In this document: positions 24,639 through 35,180 of the stretch, piece by piece | How the letters are laid out: every line of letters begins with the position of its first letter | Position numbering within the stretch: position 1 is the stretch's first letter | Origin: Mustelus asterias | Taxonomy: Eukaryota | Direction: 5' to 3' | Assembly: GCF_964213995.1 (NCBI RefSeq) | Contig: NW_027590159.1 | Span: 248,001 to 312,000 of the forward strand | DNA length: 64,000 bases | Made by a program: the position numbers and the translations under genes | The notes under the pieces: generated by a model | Database searches by the model: none | The model's input: the letters and a program-made list of their open reading frames with translations, nothing else | Told to the model about the DNA's origin: nothing

Positions 24639-27600
24639 AAGACCATAAGACATAGGAGCGGAAGTAAGGCCATTCGGCCCATCGAGTCCACTCCACCATT
24701 CAATCATGGTTGATTTCAACTCCATTTACCCGCTCTCTCCCCATAGCCCTTAATTCCTCGAGAAATCAAGAATTTATCAATTTCTGTCTTGAAGACGCTC
24801 AACGTCTCGGCCTCCACAGCCCTCTGTGGCAATGAATTCCACAGACCCACCACTCTCTGGCTGAAGAAATTTCTCCTCATCTCTGTTCTAAAGTGACTCC
24901 CTTTTATTCTAAGGCTGTGCCCCCGCGTCCTAGTCTCCCCTGTTAATGGAAACAACTTCCCTACGTCCATCCTATCTAAGCCGTTCATTATCTTGTAAGT
25001 TTCTATCAGATCTCCCCTCAACCTCCTAAACTCCAATGAATATAATCCCACGATCCTCAGACGTTCATCGTATGTCAGGCCTACCATTCCTGGGATCATC
25101 CGTGTGAATCTCCGCTGGACCCGCTCCAGTGCCAGTATGTCCTTCCTGAGGTGTGGGGCCCAAAATTGCTCACAGTACTCCAAATGGGGCCTAACCAGTG
25201 CTTTATAAAGCCTCAGAAGTACATCCCTGCTTTTGTATTCCAAGCCTCTTGAGATAAATGACAACATTACATTTGCTTTCTTAATTACGGACTCAACCTG
25301 CAAGTTTACCTTTAGAGAATCCTGGACTAGGACTCCCAAGTCCCTTTGCACTTTAGCATTATGAATTTTGTCACCGTTTAGAAAATAGTCCATGCCTCTA
25401 TTCTTTTTTCCAAAGTGTACGACCTCGCACTTGCCCACGTTGAATTTCATCAGCCACTTCTTGGACCACTCTCCTAAACTGTCTAAATCTTTCTGCAGCC
25501 TCCCCACCTCCTCAATACTACCTGCCCCTCCACCTATCTTTGTATCATCGGCAAACTTGGCCAGAATGCTCCCAGTCCCGTCATCTAGATCGTTAATATA
25601 TAAAGAGAACAGCTGTGGCCCCAACACTGAACCCTGCGGGACACCACTTGTCACCGGTTGCCATTCTGAGAAAGAACCTTTTATCCCAACTCTCTGCCTT
25701 CTGTCTGACAGCCAATCGTCAATCCATGTTAGTACCTTGCCTCGAATACCATGGGCCCTTATTTTACTCAGCAGTCTCCCGTGAGGCACCTTGTCAAAGG
25801 CCTTTTGGAAGTCAAGATAGATAACATCCATTGGCTCTCCTTGGTCTAACCTATTTGTTATCTCTTCAAAGAACTCTAACAGGTTTGTCAGGCACGACCT
25901 CCCCTTACTAAATCCATGCTGACTTGTCTTAATCCGACCCTGCACTTCCAAGAATTTAGAAATCTCATCCTTAACGATGGATTCTAGAATTTTGCCAACA
26001 ACTGAGGTTAGGCTAATTGGCCTATAATTTTCCATCTTTTTTCTTGTTCCCTTCTTGAACAGTGGGGTTACAACAGCGATTTTCCAATCCTCTGGGACTT
26101 TCCCTGACTCCAGTGACTTTTGAAAGATCATAACTAACGCCTCCACTATTTCTTCAGCTATCTCCTTTAGAACTCTAGGATGTAGCCCATCTGGGCCCGG
26201 AGATTTATCAATTTTCAGACCTTTTAGTTTCTCTAGCACTTTCTCCTTTGTGATGGCAACCATATTCAACTCTGCCCCCTGACTTTCCTGAATTGTTGGG
26301 ATATTACTCATGTCTTCTACTGTGAAGACTGACGCAAAGTACTTGTTAAGTTCCTCAGCTATTTCCTTGTCTCCCATCACTAGATTACCAGCGTCATTTT
26401 GGAGCGGCCCAATGTCTACTTTTGCCTCCCGTTTGTTTTTAATGTATTTAAAGAAACTTTTACTATCATTCCTAATGTTACTGGCTAGCCTACCTTCATA
26501 TTTGATCCTCTCCTTCCTTATTTCTCTCTTTGTTATCCTCTGTTTGTTTTTATAGCCTTCCCAATCTTCTGACTTCCCACTACTCTTTGCCACATTATAG
26601 GCTCTCTCTTTTGCCTTGATGCATTCCCTGACTTCCTTTGTCAGCCATGGCTGCCTAATCCCCCCTCTGATAACCTTTCTTTTGTTTGGGATGAACCTCT
26701 GCACTGTGTCCTCAATTACTCCCAGAAACTCCTGCCATTGCTGTTCTACTGTCTTTCCCATTAGGCTCTGCTTCCAGTCGATTTTTGTCAGTTCCTCCCT
26801 CATGCGCCTGTAATTACCTTTATTTAACTGTAGAACCTTCACATCTGATTCTGCCTTCCTTCTTTCAAATTGCAGACTGAATTCTACCATATTATGATCA
26901 CTGCTTCCTAAGTGTTCCCTTACTTTAAGATCTTTTATCACGTCTGGCTCATTACATAACACTAAGTCCAGAATAGCCTGTTCCCTCGTGGGCTCCATCA
27001 CAAGCTGTTCCAAAAAGCCATCCTGTAAACATTCAATGAATTCCCTTTCTTTGGGTCCACTGGCAACATTATTTACCCAGTCCACCTGCATATTGAAATC
27101 CCCCATGATCACTGTGACCTTGCCTTTCTGACATGCCCTTTCTATTTCGTGGTGCATTTTGTGCCCCTGGTCCTGACCACTGTCAGGAGGCCTGTACATA
27201 ACTCCCATTATGGTTTTTTTGCCTTTGTGGTTCCTCAACTCTACCCACACAGACTCCACATCGTCTGACCCTATGTCGTTTAGTGCTATTGATTTAATTT
27301 CATTTCTAATTAACAAGGCAACCCCGCCCCCTCTACCCACCCCTCTGTCTTTTCGATAGGTTGTGAATCCCTGGATGTTTAACTGCCAGTCCTGAACCCC
27401 CTGCAACCACGTCTCTGTGATGCCTACCACATCATACCTGCCAGTCACAATCTGGGCCACAAGCTCATCTATCTTGTTCCGGACACTGCGGGCATTTAAA
27501 TATAGCACCTTTAATTCCCTATTGACCGTCCCTTTTTGTTTTCGTAGTGTGGTGGACCTTGGTCTACTGAGCCTTTCCAGACACTGTGTCATATTTTGTG

Positions 27601-27700
27601 AGATGGGGACTATCGTAACCTCTCCTGAGTGCTGTCTTTTCGTGATTTTTTGTAATCCTAAGCAGCTACGCTTCCCACTGATTCCTTCACCTCTTGGTGA
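24639..27700 (-). mobile_element. CR1 LINE truncated just upstream of ORF2
   Basis: 3' tail ataagaccataagacatagg at the left end; host tandem-unit sequence on both sides; no ORF1. Confidence 0.96.
24716..27592 (-). CDS. CR1 ORF2p: APE endonuclease plus reverse transcriptase, uninterrupted (~958 aa from the first element-internal ATG)
   Basis: YLNARS, GITETW, MGDFN and SDH endonuclease motifs; NYRPISLTS, QGS and FADD RT motifs. The extra N-terminus of the 1057-aa track ORF is read-through from the tandem unit. Confidence 0.92.
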   Translation of the reverse strand: MTQCLERLSRPRSTTLRKQKGTVNRELKVLYLNARSVRNKIDELVAQIVTGRYDVVGITETWLQGVQDWQLNIQGFTTYRKDRGVGRGGGVALLIRNEIKSIALNDIGSDDVESVWVELRNHKGKKTIMGVMYRPPDSGQDQGHKMHHEIERACQKGKVTVIMGDFNMQVDWVNNVASGPKEREFIECLQDGFLEQLVMEPTREQAILDLVLCNEPDVIKDLKVREHLGSSDHNMVEFSLQFERRKAESDVKVLQLNKGNYRRMREELTKIDWKQSLMGKTVEQQWQEFLGVIEDTVQRFIPNKRKVIRGGIRQPWLTKEVRECIKAKERAYNVAKSSGKSEDWEGYKNKQRITKREIRKERIKYEGRLASNIRNDSKSFFKYIKNKREAKVDIGPLQNDAGNLVMGDKEIAEELNKYFASVFTVEDMSNIPTIQESQGAELNMVAITKEKVLEKLKGLKIDKSPGPDGLHPRVLKEIAEEIVEALVMIFQKSLESGKVPEDWKIAVVTPLFKKGTRKKMENYRPISLTSVVGKILESIVKDEISKFLEVQGRIKTSQHGFSKGRSCLTNLLEFFEEITNRLDQGEPMDVIYLDFQKAFDKVPHGRLLSKIRAHGIRGKVLTWIDDWLSDRRQRVGIKGSFSEWQPVTSGVPQGSVLGPQLFSLYINDLDDGTGSILAKFADDTKIGGGAGSIEEVGRLQKDLDSLGEWSKKWLMKFNVGKCEVVHFGKKNRGMDYFLNGDKIHNAKVQRDLGVLVQDSLKVNLQVESVIKKANVMLSFISRGLEYKSRDVLLRLYKALVRPHLEYCEQFWAPHLRKDILALERVQRRFTRMIPGMVGLTYDERLRIVGLYSLEFRRLRGDLIETYKIMNGLDRMDVGKLFPLTGETRTRGHSLRIKGSHFRTEMRRNFFSQRVVGLWNSLPQRAVEAETLSVFKTEIDKFLISRGIKGYGERAGKWS

Positions 27701-28986
27701 AGCATTCGTGAGACTCATTTTACAATTGTACTCAGTATTTGTTTCAATATTTAGTATCAATGCATTATTTAACATATATGGCTTCATTATGAATTGAATA
27801 TCTCTGAAATTGAATTTCACTGAATTGCAAACATAAGGACCAACAGAAGGAAGCGAGTCACCGGGTAAAGGAGATCGCAATTTTGACATTGATCATCGTC
27901 TGCTGTTAAACAAAATCAACTCCATTTAAATGAAAGAGATTGAAAAGACATCTGTTAGTTGCACTTAAGCCTTTTAATTATGGGCGTGAAACATTCAGGC
28001 GCATAAATGTTGGCCATCTTTAGGAAAGTCCAATCGATCCGCATTGAGTTTCGATTTCCTCATCTGGCTGAGTGCTGTTTCCTATTTCCTTGTTATGAAG
28101 AACGATTTCCAAAAAAAAAACATGTTGTAGGAAATGTGCGCCTTTTCCTCTAATTCGCTTACACTACCACTTGTGTCTGTATTTTTGAGCACACACTGCA
28201 ATTAGACATGTTTCAGATGGTGATTAACTCTGTTCGTCTGCACCTTTAAACCCATTATATTCTGTTGTAGACTGAAAGAGATGCTAATGTGTGCACACTG
28301 TCAAAATCGAAAATTTCCTGTCAGTGCGTCAAAGGAATCAGCATTTCTTATTTTACAGAAAACATTTGAGGCAGAGTTCAGAGCAAAGATAATATGGCTG
28401 TAACATCGAGATTTGGTTGATGTTCAGCAACGATCTGAAATCATACAGATTTCCCTCACCCTACATGGGAAAGCTGATGAATGTTCTGCCCGGTTCTGAA
28501 GCGGTGATCTTTCACGTGTTGGGCCAATGTGATAACCACAGAAACAAGAGAATGCGCCACGCTGCCAATTGGCCTGACTACAATGTTGAACTACATCGTG
28601 TTGCTGCAGGTTCTCATGGTCACATTGAGGGTCCATGTCAATTAATAGAAGAACAAATCCGTTATTTTCAACCTGATATATCAACTTATCTTGAACCTCA
28701 AAATAAATATATTCGATATATTTCAGATGGTGATTAACTACGTCAGTCTGCACGTCCAAACCCATTAAATTAATTTGTGGACTGCACGAGTTGCGAATAT
28801 GTGTATACACAATGGAGTTCTTTATTCCCTGCGTCCTCAAAGACAGCATTTCTGACTTTCCGAAATTCATTTGAGGCCGAGATCGAAGCCAATATAACAT
28901 GACCGTGACATCTGATTCGCATGAGGTTGAGCTATGAACTCACATCATGCAAACTTTGCTCATGCTTAATGGCACCGATCCAACAG

Positions 28987-29059
28987 TGTTTCTGCCTGGT
29001 TTCGAACCGGGGACTTTTCGCGTGTGAGGCGAATGTGAGAACAACTACACTTCAGGAAC
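28987..29059 (-). pseudogene. tRNA-Val(CAC), moderately degenerate
   Basis: tgtttctgcctggtttcgaaccggggacttttcgcgtgtgaggcgaatgtgagaacaactacacttcaggaac. Deleted copies also lie at 28482-28545 and ~29393-29447. Confidence 0.85.
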
Positions 29060-29703
29060 AGCTGACAATGCCCACGTGCAGTTTCACTTGTATCTGTCCT
29101 TTTGAGCACACACTGCCATTAGACATGTTTCAGATGGCGATTAACTACGTTAGTCTGCACCTATTAACCCATTAAAATCTGTTGTCGACTGAACGAAATG
29201 CTGATGTGCGCATGCTGTCAAAATAGAAACATTTCTTTCCTGTCAGTGCGCCAAAATATTCAGCATTTATTTTACAGGAAGCATTTGAGGCCGACGTCAA
29301 GCAAAGATAATATGAATCGAGATTCGGATAATGTTCAGCAACAAACTGAAATCATTCAGATTTCTCTCACCCGACATGAAAAACCTTAATATATTCTTCT
29401 GCCCGGTTTCGGACCGGGGTCCTTTACAAGCACTAAACTACAGAAACAAATGACAGCATATCGTCCCCAATCGGCCTGACTACAATGCTCAACTCCACTC
29501 TGTTGCTGCAGGTTCGCATGGTTAGATTGACGACCCATGCCACTTAATACATGAACACACTCGTTACTTTCAACCTGATGTGTCAACTTATCTTGTAATT
29601 CCAAATTAAAAAGCGTTCCTCCAGCAAATGCCTCAGGGAACTCAATGAGTTAAAGCTCAATTGTTTCAGTTCAGAATTCAGACGATGTTGAGCAATTCCG
29701 GCC

Positions 29704-29821
29704 CCAATGGTGACAGGTTCTTTCCTTTCCAGCAGGAAACACCCAATCAGCTCACAGCTCCTTTATCCTACATTTCATCCAATCAGCTCCGAGTGTCTTC
29801 ATTCTCCAATTCATGACGTCA
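29704..29821. promoter_or_regulatory. Promoter-like cluster: four CCAAT boxes and a palindromic CRE
   Basis: CCAAT at 29704, 29743, 29779, 29806 (two as ccaatcagctc); TGACGTCA at 29814-29821. No associated gene identified. Confidence 0.45.
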
Positions 29822-30265
29822 GAGAGAGGAGCAGGAACAATTTGAATCTGTTCTCAGAACAACGAGCTGCACAGAAGAACATCAGAGAATAGGGAAGAGG
29901 TGTTGAAATGGACCATTTGCTCCTTCATTAGGGCCTGTTCCGCCATTCAGTAAAATCATTGTTGATCTCCATCACAGTAAGAAGTCTCGCAACACTAGGT
30001 TAAAGTCCAATCAGTTTACTTGGTCGCACGAGCTTTGGGAATACTGCTCCTTCATCAGGTGAGTGGAGAGTTGGGTTTAGAAACAGGGCATAGAAAGACA
30101 CAGACTCAATTGCAAGATAATGGTTGGAATGCGTGTCTTAACAGCGAATCAAGTCTTTACAGGTACAGACAATGCGAGTGGAGAGGGGGACAATGACAGG
30201 AGGAGGAAAGGTAAGTTTAAAATTTTCATTCACTTTTTTTTCCCTGTGTGTTTAAAGGGGCAATT

Positions 30266-31183
30266 ATGAGTGTGAGGCCAGTATGTTGTTCCCAATGTAG
30301 GATGTGGGAGGTCCTGGAGGCTCCTAGCCTCCCGGACGACTATATCTGTGCTGGGTGTGTTGAGCTGCGGTTCCTAAGGGACCATGTTAGGGAACTGGAA
30401 TTGCAGCTCGAGGACCTTCGCCGGGTTAGGGATAGTGAGGAGGTCATTGACAGGAGCTATCGGCAGGTGGTCACACCGGGACCACGGGAGGAGGGTAACT
30501 GGGTAACAGTGAGGAAGGAGAAAGCTCAGTTGATGGTGAGCACCCCGGTGGATGTGCCCCTTAATAATAAGTACTCCTGTCTGAGTACTACTGGGGTGGA
30601 CAGCCCACCTGGGGGAAGCAGCGGTGGCAGTGTCTCTGGAGCTGAGCCTGGCCCAGTAGTGCAAAAGGGTAAGGAAAGGAGGGTAGTGCTAATTGGGGAC
30701 TCTACGGTGAGGGGGTCAGATAGGCGTTTTTGCGGACACAGACGGGACTCTCGGATGGTGGTTTGCCTCCCTGGTGCAGGGGTCCGGGATGTCTCTGGTC
30801 GAGTCCCAGAAATCCTGAAGGGGGAGGGAGAGGAGCCGAAGGTCGTGATGCATATAGGTACTGCTGACATAGGTAGGAAGAGGGAAGGGGTCATGAAAAG
30901 AGAATATAGGGAGTTAGGTAGACAGCTGAGAAAGAGGAATGCAAAGGTAGTAATCTCGGGATTGCTGCCTGTGCCGCGGGAGAGTGAGAACAGGAATCGG
31001 TGGAGAATGAATGCGTGGCTGAGGGACTGGAGCAAGGGACAAGGATTTGGGTACTTGGATCATTGGGACCTCTTTAGGGGCAGGTGTGACCTGTTTAAAA
31101 AAGACGGGTGGCACTTGAATCCCAGGGGGACCAATATCCTGGCGGGAAGGTTGGCTAAGGCTACTGGAGAGACTTTAAACTAG
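30266..31183 (+). CDS. CR1 ORF1p with N-terminal Cys motif/coiled coil and SGNH esterase-like domain
   Basis: CSQCRMW...CAGC, heptad region LRDHVRELELQLEDL, GDS (VLIGDSTVRG), HIGTADIG, DGWHLNPRG. Confidence 0.9.
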   Translation: MSVRPVCCSQCRMWEVLEAPSLPDDYICAGCVELRFLRDHVRELELQLEDLRRVRDSEEVIDRSYRQVVTPGPREEGNWVTVRKEKAQLMVSTPVDVPLNNKYSCLSTTGVDSPPGGSSGGSVSGAEPGPVVQKGKERRVVLIGDSTVRGSDRRFCGHRRDSRMVVCLPGAGVRDVSGRVPEILKGEGEEPKVVMHIGTADIGRKREGVMKREYRELGRQLRKRNAKVVISGLLPVPRESENRNRWRMNAWLRDWSKGQGFGYLDHWDLFRGRCDLFKKDGWHLNPRGTNILAGRLAKATGETLN

Positions 31184-31188
31184 AAAGG

Positions 31189-34104
31189 TTGGGGGGAGGG
31201 AATCGGAATGAGGGGACTGAGAGCGAGGAGATTAGCTCGCAAATAGATAAGGAATGTAAACAGGGTAAGAGGGAGGTTAGACGAGTGATGGAGAAGGGAA
31301 GTGCTCAGGCTGAAGGTCTGAGATGTGTCTATTTTAATGCCAGGAGTGTAGTGAATAAAGTGGATGAGCTTAGAGTGTGGATTGCTGCTTCGAATTGTGA
31401 TGTGGTGGCCATTACGGAGACTTGGATGTCTCAGGGACAGGACTGGGTGCTTCAGGTGCCGGGTTTTAGATGTTTCAGGAAGGACAGGGAGGGAGGCAAG
31501 AGAGGGGGGGGGGAGTGGCACTGTTGATCAGGGATAGTGTCACGGCTGTAGAGAAGGTGGACGCCGTGGAGGGATTGACTACGGAGTCTCTGTGGGTGGA
31601 GGTTAGGAACAGGAAGGGGTCGGTAACGTTGCTGGGTGTTTTCTATAGGCCGCCCAATAGTAACAGAGATGTTGAGGACCAGATGGGGAAACAGATCCTG
31701 GAGAGATGTAGGAATAACAGAGTTGTCGTGATGGGAGATTTTAATTTCCCAAACATAGATTGGAATATCCCTAGGGCTAGGGGTTTGGATGGAGAGGAGT
31801 TTGTTAGGTGTGTCCAGGAGAGTTTCCTGACACAGTATGTGGATAAGCCTACTAGAGGAGAGGCTGTACTTGATCTGGTGCTGGCTAATGAACCTGGACA
31901 GGTGGAGGATCTCTCGGTGGGTGAGCATCTTGGGGATAGCGATCATAATTCTATCTCCTTCACGATAGCATTGGAAAGAGATAGGATCAGGCAGGCTAGG
32001 AAAGTGTTTCTCTGGAGTAAAGGGAAATACAGTGTCATCAGGGAGGAAATTAGACGGGTAAATTGGAAGGAGGCATTCTTGGGGAAAAGTACCGAAGGAA
32101 AGTGGAGGATTTTCAAGGAATGTTTGTCTGGAGCTCTGCATGACAACGTTCCGATGAGACAGGGGGGTGTTGGTAGGGTACGGGAACCGTGGTGCACGAA
32201 GGTTGTGATGAACCTGGTGAATAAGAAAAGAGAGGCGTACAGAAGGTTCAGAGAGCTAGGAGGTGTTAAGGATTTAGAGGAGTATACGGGATGTAGGAAG
32301 GAGCTTAAGAAGGAAATTAGGAGAGCGAGAAGGGGGTCATGAGAAGGCCTTGGCGGGTAAGATTAAGGAGAATCCCAAGGCTTTCTACAAATATGTCAAG
32401 AGTAAAAGGATGAGATGTGAAGGCATAGGACCCTTAAAAGGTGAAGGGGGAAAAGTTTGTGCGGAACCGTTAGAAATGGCGGAGCTGCTTAATGAATACT
32501 TTACCTCGGTATTCACGGTGGAAAGGGATCTGGGTGGTTGTACTGCTGGTTTGCGGTGGACAGAAAGGATCGAGCATGTGGACATAAAGAAAGAGGATGT
32601 GTTGGAACTATTGAATGGCATCAAGGTTGGTAAGTCGCCGGGACCGGATGGGATGTACCCCAGGTTACTGTGGGAGGCGAGGGAGGAGATTGCGGAGCCT
32701 TTGGCGATGATCTTTGCATCGTCGATGGAGACGGGAGAGGTTCCGGAGGATTGGAGGATTGCAGATGTGGTCCCTATATTCAAGAAAGGGAACAGGGACA
32801 GCCCGGGAAATTACCGACCGGTGAGTCTAACCTCAGTGGTTGGTAAGTTGATGGAGAGGATCCTGAGAGACAGGATTTATGATCATCTAGAGAAGTTTAG
32901 TATGATCAAAAGTAGTCAGCACGGCTTTGTCAAGGGCAGGTCGTGCCTTACGAGCCTGGTTGAGTTCTTTGAAAATGTGACCAAACACATTGACGAAGGA
33001 AGAGCGGTGGATGTGGTCTATATGGACTTCAGCAAGGCGTTCGATAAGGTCCCCCATGCAAGACTTCTTGAGAAAGTGAGAGGGCATGGGATCCAAGGGG
33101 CTGTTGCCTTGTGGATCCAGAACTGGCTTGCCTGCAGAAGGCAGAGAGTGGCTGTGGAGGGGTCTTTCTCTGCATGGAGGTCAGTGACCAGTGGAGTGCC
33201 CCAGGGATCTGTTCTGGGACCCTTGCTGTTTGTCATTTTCATAAATGACCTGGATGAGGAAGTGGAGGGATGGGTTGGTAAGTTTGCTGACGACACCAAG
33301 GTAGGTGGTGTTGTGGATAGTTTGGAGGGATGTCAGAAGTTGCAGCGAGACATAGATAGAATGCAAGACTGGGCGGAGAAGTGGCAGATGGACTTCAACC
33401 CGGATAAGTGTGTGGTGATCCATTTTGGCAGATCCAATGGAATGAAGCAGCAGTATAATATGAAGGGTACCATTCTTAGCAGTGTAGAGGATCAGAAGGA
33501 CCTTGGGGTCCGGGTCCATAGGACTCTTAAATCGGCCTCGCAGGTGGAGGATGCGGTCAAGAAGGCGTACGGCGTACTGGCCTTCATTAATCGAGGGATT
33601 GAGTTTAGGAGTCGGGAGATAATGCTGCAGCTTTATAGGACCCTGGTTAGACCCCACTTGGAGTACTGCGCGCAGTTCTGGTCACCTCATTACAGGAAAG
33701 ATGTTGAAGCCATTGAAAGGGTGCAGAGGAGATTTACAAGGATGTTGCCTGGATTGGGGGGCATGCCTTATGAGGATAGGTTGAGGGAGCTTGGTCTCTT
33801 CTCCCTGGAGAGACGAAGGATGAGAGGTGACCTGATAGAGGTTTACAAGATGTTGAGAGGTCTGGATAGGGTAGACCCTCAGAGGCTATTTCCAAGGGCT
33901 GAAATGGTTGCTACGAGAGGACACAGGTTTAAGGTGCTGGGGGGTAGGTACAGAGGAGATGTCAGGGGTAAGTTTTTCACTCAGAGGGTGGTGGGTGAGT
34001 GGAATCGGCTGACGTCGGTGGTGGTGGAGGCAAACTCGTTGGGGTCTTTTAAGAGACTTCTGGATGAGTACATGGGATTTAATGGGATTGAGGGCTATAG
34101 ATAG
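31189..34104 (+). pseudogene. CR1 ORF2 (endonuclease and RT) broken by two frameshifts
   Basis: Track ORFs 31189-31527, 31470-32342 and 32350-34104 are consecutive parts of one protein. The shifts fall in G runs at ~31504-31513 and ~32332-32336. Confidence 0.9.
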
Positions 34105-35098
34105 GCCTAGAGGTGGGGATGTGATCGGCGCAACTTGTGGGCCGAAGGGCCTGTTTGTGCTGTGGCTTTCTATGTTTAAAGCAGTGTGAATTGTCTCAAG
34201 CCAAGCCAGTTAGTAGGATTTTGCAAGCCCAGGACAAATGGTGAGGGTGACAAGTCGTGTGACATGGACCCAAGGTCCCGGTTGAGGCCGTTCTCGTGTA
34301 TGGAATTTGGCTGTCAGTTTCTGCTCAGCGATTCTGCGTTGTCGTGCGTCTTGGAGGCCGCCTTGAAGAACGCTTACCCGAAGATCGGTGGTTGAATGCC
34401 CTTGACTGCTTAAGCGTTCCCCGACAGGAAGGGAATATGCTTGCCGGGTGATTGTCGAGCGGTTGCCATTCTTCTGTTGTCGTAGCGTCTGCATAGTCTC
34501 GGCGATGTACCATGCTTCGGGATATCCTTTCCTGCAGCGTATGAGGTAGACAACGTTGGCCGAGTTGCATGTGTATGTATCGTCTACCTGGTGGATTCTG
34601 ATCCCACGTGTGATGATGGCATCCGTGTCGATGATCCAACACATCTTATAGAGGTTGCCCTGGCAGGGTTGTGTGGTGTCGTGGTCGCTGTTCTCTTGAA
34701 GGCTGGGCAGTTTTCTGCGAACAATGGTCTGTTTGAGGTTGCGCTGTTTTTTGAAGGCAAGTAGTGGGGGCGTGGAGATGGCCTTCGCGTGATATTCGTC
34801 TTCATCGATTGTACGCCGAAGGCTCCGAAGAAGATATCAGTGCTTCTCTACTCCGAAGATGTCTTGGCTTCTGCACTCTGGGGACGTAATGGACGAGGAA
34901 GGGCACTCTGAGGGCTGTGTCCCGTACTTGTCTCCTGAGGAGGTCGGTGCGTTGTTTTGCTGTGGCGTGTCGGAACTGTCGATCGATTAGTCAAGCGCAA
35001 TATCCTGTTCTCACAAGGGGGTCTGTCAAAAACGACACCGCACAGATTCCGACGTTCAACCCGAGCTGTTGGACTTCAGCTCCAAGGACAAAAACTTG

Positions 35099-35180
35099 CG
35101 CCAACTCTGGGATTCGAACCCACGCCTCGAGAGAGACTGGAGCCTAAATCCAGCGCCTTAGACCGCTCGGCCACGCTACC
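35099..35180 (-). pseudogene. tRNA-Leu(TAG) with a replaced 3' acceptor strand
   Basis: Minus strand GGTAGCGTGGCCGAGCGGTCTAAGGCGCTGGATT-TAG-GCTCCAGTCTCT...GTGGGTTCGAATCCCA is near consensus, then GAGTTGGC instead of CCGCTGCC. Confidence 0.88.

Larger units (their letters stand above)
18160..29640. repeat. Tandem array block 2 of the ~1.22-kb tRNA-Val unit (about 8 units, two CR1 insertions)
   Basis: tRNA-Val positions 19744, 20962, 22182, 23400 give periods of 1218, 1220, 1218 bp; deleted units follow at ~24.2 kb, 28482, 28987, ~29393. Confidence 0.95.
30201..34175 (+). mobile_element. Near-full-length CR1 LINE (ORF1 and ORF2)
   Basis: ORF1, endonuclease and RT in order; 3' end gggccgaagggcctgtttgtgctgtggctttctatg. 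Confidence 0.97.
29973..34990 (-). mobile_element. Penelope-like element remnant (3' terminus 29973-30200; GIY-YIG region ~34176-34990), split by a CR1
   Basis: ORF 34210-34644 ANVVYLIRCRKGYPEAWYIAET is GIY-YIG-like. Joined, the two parts are collinear with the element at 51410-52345. Confidence 0.88.

Noticed and set aside
27593-27889. N-terminal ~100 aa of the 1057-aa ORF as a novel domain fused to RT
   Set aside because: Most of it is tandem-unit DNA: the same peptide (YVCNSV.FNFRDIQ) appears in short ORFs at 20051, 22568 and 23789. The rest is CR1 inter-ORF sequence.
30211-30257. Mini-intron in the CR1 5' UTR (AG|GTAAGT...pyrimidine tract...AAG)
   Set aside because: At 47 nt it is shorter than typical vertebrate spliceosomal introns, and there is no transcript evidence.
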